Assembly: GCA_964016885.1 (NCBI GenBank)
Contig: OZ024744.1
Location: 6,262,001-6,326,000, forward strand
Length of the DNA: 64,000 nucleotides
From: Eledone cirrhosa
Lineage: Eukaryota
Direction: 5' to 3'
Below the pieces are notes generated by a model. The model was not told the DNA's origin. It saw only the letters and a list, made by a program, of their open reading frames with translations, and made no database searches. Shown here in pieces: positions 55,501 to 64,000 of this stretch. The position numbers were made by a program, and so were the translations under genes. Position 1 is the first letter of the stretch. Every line of letters begins with the position of its first letter.

Positions 55501-58500
55501 ACAACTACAATAACAACAACAATAACAACAAAAATAACAACAGCAATAACAAAACCAATAACAACGTCAATAACAACAGCAATAACAACATCAATAACAC
55601 CAATAACAAAACCAATAACGACACCAATAGCACCAATAGCAACATCAATAACCAGACCAATAACAACATCAACAATAACATCAATAACAAACACTATAAT
55701 AATCACAATAACAAAAATAACAACACAAATAACAACATTAATAACAAAACCAACAACAATAACAACAAAAATAACCTTAGCAATAACAACAAGAATAACA
55801 ACACCAATAACAACAGCAATAACAACACCAATGACAACAACAATAACACTAATTAAGTCAATAACAACACCAATAACAAGACAAATAACAACACAAATAA
55901 CAACAGCAAAAACAACATCAATAACACCAATAACAACATCAATAATAACATCAATAACACCAATAACAACAGAATAACAACAAATATAACAAGAAAAATA
56001 ACAACAGAAAGAACAACATCAATAACAACATCAATAACAACATCAATAACAACATCAATAACAACACCAATAATAACATCAATAACACAAATAACAACAT
56101 CAATAACGCCAGTAACAACACCAATAACAACACCAATAACAACACCAATAACAACATCAATAACACCAATAACACCAATATCAACACCAGTAACAACATG
56201 TATAACATCACCAATAACAACATCAATAACATCAATAACAACATCAATAACAACACCAATAACAACACCAATAACAACACCAATAACAACCCCAATAACA
56301 ACAGCAATAACAACATGAATAACAAGACCAATAACAGCACCAACAATAACATAAATAACAACAACTATAACAACAACTATAACAACAACAATAACACCAA
56401 TAACATCAATAAGATCACCAATAACAACAAGACTAACAACATCAATAAATATCAATAACACCAATAAAAACATCAATAACACCAATAATATCAATAACAA
56501 CACCAATAACAACATCAATAACACCAATAATATCAATAACAACACCAATAACAACACCAATAAGAACACCAATAACAACAACAAAACAAGGAAAATAACA
56601 ACAACAATAACAACACGTATAACATCATCAATAACAACAGCACTATCAACTCCAATAAAAACGCCAATAACAACACCAACAACAACAATTAAAACAATAA
56701 CAACAGCAATAACAACCGCAATAATAACATCAATAACACGAATAAAAACACAAATAACAGGACAAATAACAACACCAATAAGAACACTAAGGACAACACC
56801 AATAACAACACCAATAACAACACCAATAAAAACAGCAATAACAACACCAACAACAGCATTAATAACAACAATAACAACCACAACAATAACAACAAGAATA
56901 ACAACATCAATAACACCATCAATATCAAAACCAACAACAACAATAACAACAACAATAACACCAATTGCAACACCAATAACAACATCAATAACACCAATAA
57001 CAACGCCAATAACAACATCAATAACACCAATAACAACGCCAATAACAACACCAATAACAACATCAATAACAAAATCAATAACAACAATAACAACAACAAT
57101 AACAACGGCAATATCAACACCGAAAACAAAACCAATAACAACATCAATAACAACACCAATAACGACATCAATAACAACACCAATAACAACAAGATTAACA
57201 ACATCAATATACATCAATAACACCAATAACAACATCAATAACACAAATAATATCAATAACAACACCAATAACAACATCAATAACACCAATAATATCAATA
57301 ACAACACCAATAACAACACCAATAACAACACCACTAACAACACCAATAACAACAACATTAACAACAACAATAACAACAACAATAACAAAACCAATAACAA
57401 GATCAATAACACCAGTAACAACAGCAATAACAACAGCAATAACAACAGCAATAACACCAATAACAGCACCAATAACAACACCAATAGCACCAATAACAAC
57501 ATCAATAACACCAATAACAAAACTAATAACTACAATAACAACAGCAATAACAACACCAAAAACAACACCTATAACATCATCAATAAAAACACCAATAACA
57601 ACAACACGAACAACATCAATAACAACACCAATAACAACCCCAATAACAATACCAATAACAACCCCAATAACAACAGCAATAACAACATGAATAACAAGAC
57701 CAATAAAAGCACCAACAATAACATAAATAACAACAACTATAACAACAACTATAACAACAACAATAACACCAATAACATCAATAAGATCACCAATAACAAC
57801 AAGACTAACAACATCAATAAATATCAATAACACCAATAAAAACATCAATAACACCAATAATATCAATAACAACACCAATAACAACATCAATAACACCAAT
57901 AATATCAATAACAACACCAATAACAACACCAATAACAACACCAATAACAACACCAATAACAACACCAATAACACCAATAACAACATCAATAACACCAATA
58001 ACAACACCAATAACACAAATAAAAACACCAATAACACCAATAACACGAATAACAACACGAATAACAACACCAATAACAACACCAATAACAACACCAATAA
58101 CAACAACTATAACAACAACAATAACAACAACAATAACGACAACAATAACAAAACCAATAACAACAACAATAACACAAGTAACAACAGCAATAACAACAGC
58201 AATAACAGCAGTAATAACACCAATAACAGCACGAATAACAACAGCAATAGCACCAATAACAACATCAATAACACCAATAACAAAACTAATAAAAACAATA
58301 ACAACAACAATAGCAACAGCAATAACAACACCAATAACAACAACAATAACAACATCAATAATAACTGCAATAAAAACACCAATGACAACACCAATGACAA
58401 CACCAATAACAACATCAATAACAACAATAACAACAACAATAACAAAAACAACAATAACACCATCAATAACAACAACTATAACAACAGCAATAACAACACC

Positions 58501-59650
58501 AATAACAACATCAATAACAGCAACAATAACAACAGCAATAACAACACAAATAACAAATCAATAACAACAGCAATAACAACATCGATAACAACCCCAAATA
58601 CAACATCAATAACAGCATCAATAACACCAATAACAACATCAATAACACCAATAACAACATCAATAACACCAAAACAACATCAATAACACCAATAACGACA
58701 CCAATACCAACACCAGTAAAAACATCAATAACACCAATAACAATACCAATAACAACACCAATAACAACACCAATAACAACACCAGTAACAACATCAATAA
58801 ATACAACTATAACAACTACAATAACAACCCCAATTACAACAACAATAACAACATCAACAACAAAACCAATAACAACGATAACAACATCAATAACACCAAT
58901 TACAACACCAATAACAACATCAATAACAACACCAACAACAACAATAACAACAACTATAACAACAGCAAAATCAACAGCAATAACATCAATAACACCAATA
59001 TCAACACCAATAATAACACCAATAACAACATCAATAACACCAATAACAACATCAATAACACCAATAACAACACCAATAACAACACCAGTAAAAACATCAA
59101 TAACACGAATAACACGAATAACAACACGAATAACAACACCAATAACAACACCAGTAACAACATCAATAACAACTACTATAACAACTACAATAACAACAAC
59201 AATAACAACAAAAATAACAACAGCAATAACAAAACCAATAACAACGTCAATAACAACAGCAATAACAACATCAATAACACCAATAACAAAACCAATAACG
59301 ACACCAATAGCACCAATAGCAACATCAATAACCAGACCAATAACAACATCAACAATAACATCAATAACAAACACTATAATAATCACAATAACAAAAATAA
59401 CAACACAAATAACAACATTAATAACAAAACCAACAACAATAACAACAAAAATAACCTTAGCAATAACAACAAGAATAACAACACCAATAACAACAGCAAT
59501 AACAACACCAATGACAACAACAATAACACTAATTAAGTCAATAACAACACCAATAACAAGACAAATAACAACACAAATAACAACAGCAAAAACAACATCA
59601 ATAACACCAATAACAACATCAATAATAACATCAATAACACCAATAACAAC
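52590..59650. repeat. Near-identical higher-order duplication, period 3680 bp
   Basis: Identical ORF translations are offset by exactly 3680 (53009/56689, 53524/57204, 54427/58107, 54831/58511, 55505/59185). Confidence 0.93.
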
Positions 59651-62600
59651 ACCAATAACAACAGAATAACAACAAATATAACAAGAAAAATAACAACAGA
59701 AAGAACAACATCAATAACAACATCAATAACAACATCAATAACAACATCAATAACAACACCAATAATAACATCAATAACACAAATAACAACATCAATAACG
59801 CCAGTAACAACACCAATAACAACACCAATAACAACACCAATAACAACATCAATAACACCAATAACACCAATATCAACACCAGTAACAACATGTATAACAT
59901 CACCAATAACAACATCAATAACATCAATAACAACATCAATAACAACATCAATAACAACATCAATAACAACACCAATAATAACATCAATAACACCAATAAC
60001 AATAACAACGCCAGTAACAACACCAATAACATCATCAATAACAACGGCAATAACAACAGCAATAATAACAACATTAACACCAATAACAACACCAATAACA
60101 ACATTAATAACACCAATAACACCAATAACAACACCAATAACAACACCAATAACAACAACAATAACAACACCAATAACAACAACAATAACAACATCAATAA
60201 GAACTGCAATAACAACACCAATGACAACACCAATGACAACACCAATAACAACATCAATAACAACAATAACAACACAATAACACCATCAATAACAACAACA
60301 ATAACAACAACAATAAAAACAACAATAACAACAACGATAACAACATCAATAACAACACCAAAACAACACCAATAAAAACACAAATAACAACATCAATAAC
60401 ACCAATAACAACAACAATAACAACATCAATAACACGAATAACAACACCGATAGCAACATCAATAACAACACCAATAACAACATAAATAACAACAATAACA
60501 ACATAAATAACAATAACAATAACAACATGAATAACAACACCAATCACACAAATAACAACACCAATAACACCACAAATAACCACATCAATAACAACACCAA
60601 TAAGAACAACAATAAGAACATCAATAACAACACAAATATAAACACACATAACAACATCAATAACACCAATAACAACACCAATAACAACAAAATAGCACCA
60701 ATAACAACATCAATAACATCAGAAACAACATCAATAACATCACTAACAACAACAATAACTACACCAATAACAACATCAATAAGAACAACAATAATAATAA
60801 CAATAACAACAACAATAACAACACCAATAAAAACATCAATAACAAAACCAATAAAAACAATAACAACATCAATAACAACAGCAATAACAGCCCCGAAAAC
60901 AAAACCAATAACAACATCAATAACAACACCAATAACAAAATCAATAGCACCTATAGCACCAATAACAACAACAATAACAAAATCAATAACAACATCAATA
61001 ACAACACCAATAACAACATCAATAACAACACCAAAAACAACAAGACTACCAACATCAATAAACATCAATAACACCAATAACAACATCAATAACACCAATA
61101 AAATCAATAACAACACCAATAACAACATCAATAACACCAATAATATCAATATCAACACCAATAACAACACCAATAACAACACCAATAACAACACCAATAA
61201 CACCAATAACAACATCAATAACACCAATAGCAACAGAAATAAAACCAATAACAACACAAATAAAAACATCAATAACACCAATAACAAGAATAACAACACC
61301 AATAACAACACCAATAACGACACCAATAACAACACCAATAACAACAACAATAACAACAACAATAACAACAACAATAACAAAACCAATAACAACATCAATA
61401 ACACCAGTAACAACAGCAATAACAACAGCAATAACACCAATAACAGCACCAATAACAACACCAATAGCACCAATAACAACATCAATAACACCAATAACAA
61501 AACTAATAACTACAATAACAACAGCAATAACAACACCAAAAACAACACCTATAACATCATTAATAACAACACCAATAACAACAACACGAACAACATCAAT
61601 AACAACACCAATAACAACACCAATAACAAACCCAATAACAACAGCAATAACAACATGAATAACAAGACCAATAATAGCAACATCAATAACAACAACTATA
61701 ACAACAACTAGAACAACAACAATAACACCAATAACATCAATAAGATCACCAATAACAACAAGACTAACAACATCAATAAATATCAATAAAACCAATAAAA
61801 ACATCAATAACACCAATAATATCAATAACAACACCAATAACAACATCAATAACACCAATAATATCAATAACAACACCAATAACAACACCAATAAGAACAC
61901 CAATAACAACAACAAAACAAGGAAAATAACAACAACAATAACAACATCAATAACAACACCAATAACAACACGTATAACATCATCAATAATAACGGCACTA
62001 TCAACTCCAATAAAAACGCCAATAACAACACCAACAACAACAATTAAAACAATAACAACAGCAATAACAACCGCAATAATAACATCAATAACACGAATAA
62101 AAACACAAATAACAGCACAAATAACAACACCAATAAGAACACTAAGAACAACACCAATAACAACACCAATAACAACACCAATAAAAACAGCAATAACAAC
62201 ACCAACAACAGCATTAATAACAACAATAACAACCACAACAATAACAACAACAACAATAACAACACCAATAACACCATCAATAACAAAACCAACAACAACA
62301 ATAACAACAACAATAACACCAATTACAACACCAATAACAACATCAATAACACCAATAACAACGCCAATAACAACATCAATAACACCAATAACAACGCCAA
62401 TAACAACACCAATAACAACATCAATAACAAAATCAATAACAACAATAACAACAACAATAACAACGGCAATATCAACAGCGAAAACAAAACCAATAACAAC
62501 ATCAATAACAACACCAATAACGACATCAATAACAGCACCAATAACAACAAGATTAACAACATCAATATACATCAATAACACCAATACCAACATCGATAAC

Positions 62601-64000
62601 ACAAATAATATCAATAACAACACCAATAACAACATCAATAACACCAATAATATCAATAACAACACCAATAACAACACCAATAACAACACCAATAACAACA
62701 CCAATAAAACCAATAACATCATCAATAACACCAATAACAACACCAATAACAACACAAATAAAAACACCAATAACACCAATAACACGAATAACAACACGAA
62801 TAACAACACCAATAACAACACCAATAACAACACCAATAACAACAACTATAACAACAACAATAACAACAACAATAACGACAACAATAACAAAACCAATAAC
62901 AACATCAATAACTCAAGTAACAACAGCAATAACAAAGCTAATAAAAACAATAACAACAACAATAGCAACAGCAATAACAACACCAAAAAAAACCTATAAC
63001 ATCATCAATAACAACACCAATGACAACAACACTAACAACATCATTAACAACACCAATAACAACACAAATAACAACACCAATAACAACAACAATAACACCA
63101 ATAACAACACCAATTACAACATCAATAACCACATCATTAACAACAATAACAACATCAATAATAACATCAATAACACCAATAATAACACCAATAACAACAT
63201 CAATAACAACACCAATAAGAACACCAATAACAACAACAATAAAAAGAAAAATAACAACATCAATAACAACACCAATAACAACAACAATAACAACATCAAT
63301 AACAAAACCAATAACATCATCAATAACAACGGCAATATCAACTCCAATAAAGAGATCAAGAACAACACCAACAACAACAATTAAAACAACAATAACAACA
63401 TCAATAATAACATCAATAACACAAATAACAACACCAATAACAACATCAATAACACCAATAACGCCAATAACAACACCAATAAGAACAATACGAACAACAA
63501 CAATAACAACAACAATAACAACAACAATAAAAACATCAATAACAACACCAAAACAATACCAATAACAACACCAATAACAACATCAATAACACCAATAACG
63601 CCAATAACAACACCAATAAGAACACTAAGAACAACAACAATAACAACAAAAATAACAACTACAATACAATCATCAATAACAACACCAATAAAAACACAAA
63701 TAACAACATCAATAACACCAATAACAACACCAATAGCAACAGCAATAACAACATCAATAACAACAACAATAACAACATCAATAAAAACAACAATATCAAC
63801 AGCAATAAGAACACCAATGACAACATAAATAACAGCAATAACAACATCAAAAACAACAACAATAACAACACAAATAACCACAGCAATAACAACGCCAATA
63901 ACAACAACAATAAGAACATCAATAACAACACAAATAAAAACACACATAACAACATCATTAACACCAATAACAACAAAATAACGCCAATAACAACATCAAT

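Larger units (their letters stand above)
21785..64000. repeat. Giant degenerate satellite, consensus AAT AAC AAC (ACC/ATC/AGC/AAC), with 12-mer and 9-mer units
   Basis: Continuous to the window end; the top strand is almost free of G; triplet-phased. Confidence 0.98.

Noticed and set aside
21609-63976. Numerous long ORFs (poly-Asn, ITTP mucin-like, poly-Leu, VVIG) as real genes
   Set aside because: They follow from 3n periodicity lacking stops in most frames. Frames switch between Asn-rich and Thr-rich readings within single ORFs, and no signal peptide, unique domain or splice structure is visible.
21785-64000. Canonical telomere
   Set aside because: There are no TTAGGG tracts, and the unit is heterogeneous with kb-scale duplications.

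Overview
Repeat-dominated eukaryotic DNA with no intact host gene. The SINE family and microsatellite load suggest a mollusc, probably an octopod cephalopod (inference from recalled family resemblance, not a database hit). Positions 1-21.6 kb are a retroelement graveyard. It holds a decayed CsRn1-lineage Ty3/Gypsy element set inside a 15-bp minisatellite, two lineages of Penelope-like elements (PLEs; RT + GIY-YIG), Deu/Nin-type tRNA SINEs, two TIR elements and an orphan BACK-like exon. It also holds a dense series of short modules inserted in (TA)n tracts. Many of these carry hammerhead-ribozyme (HHR) motifs, and three are folded into near-perfect hairpins. Positions ~21.8-64 kb are a single >42 kb, G-poor, triplet-phased satellite (consensus AATAACAACACC). 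It contains kb-scale higher-order duplications and one retro-insertion with an inverted, shuffled satellite patch. Nearly all long low-complexity ORFs in the supplied track are artefacts of repeat periodicity.
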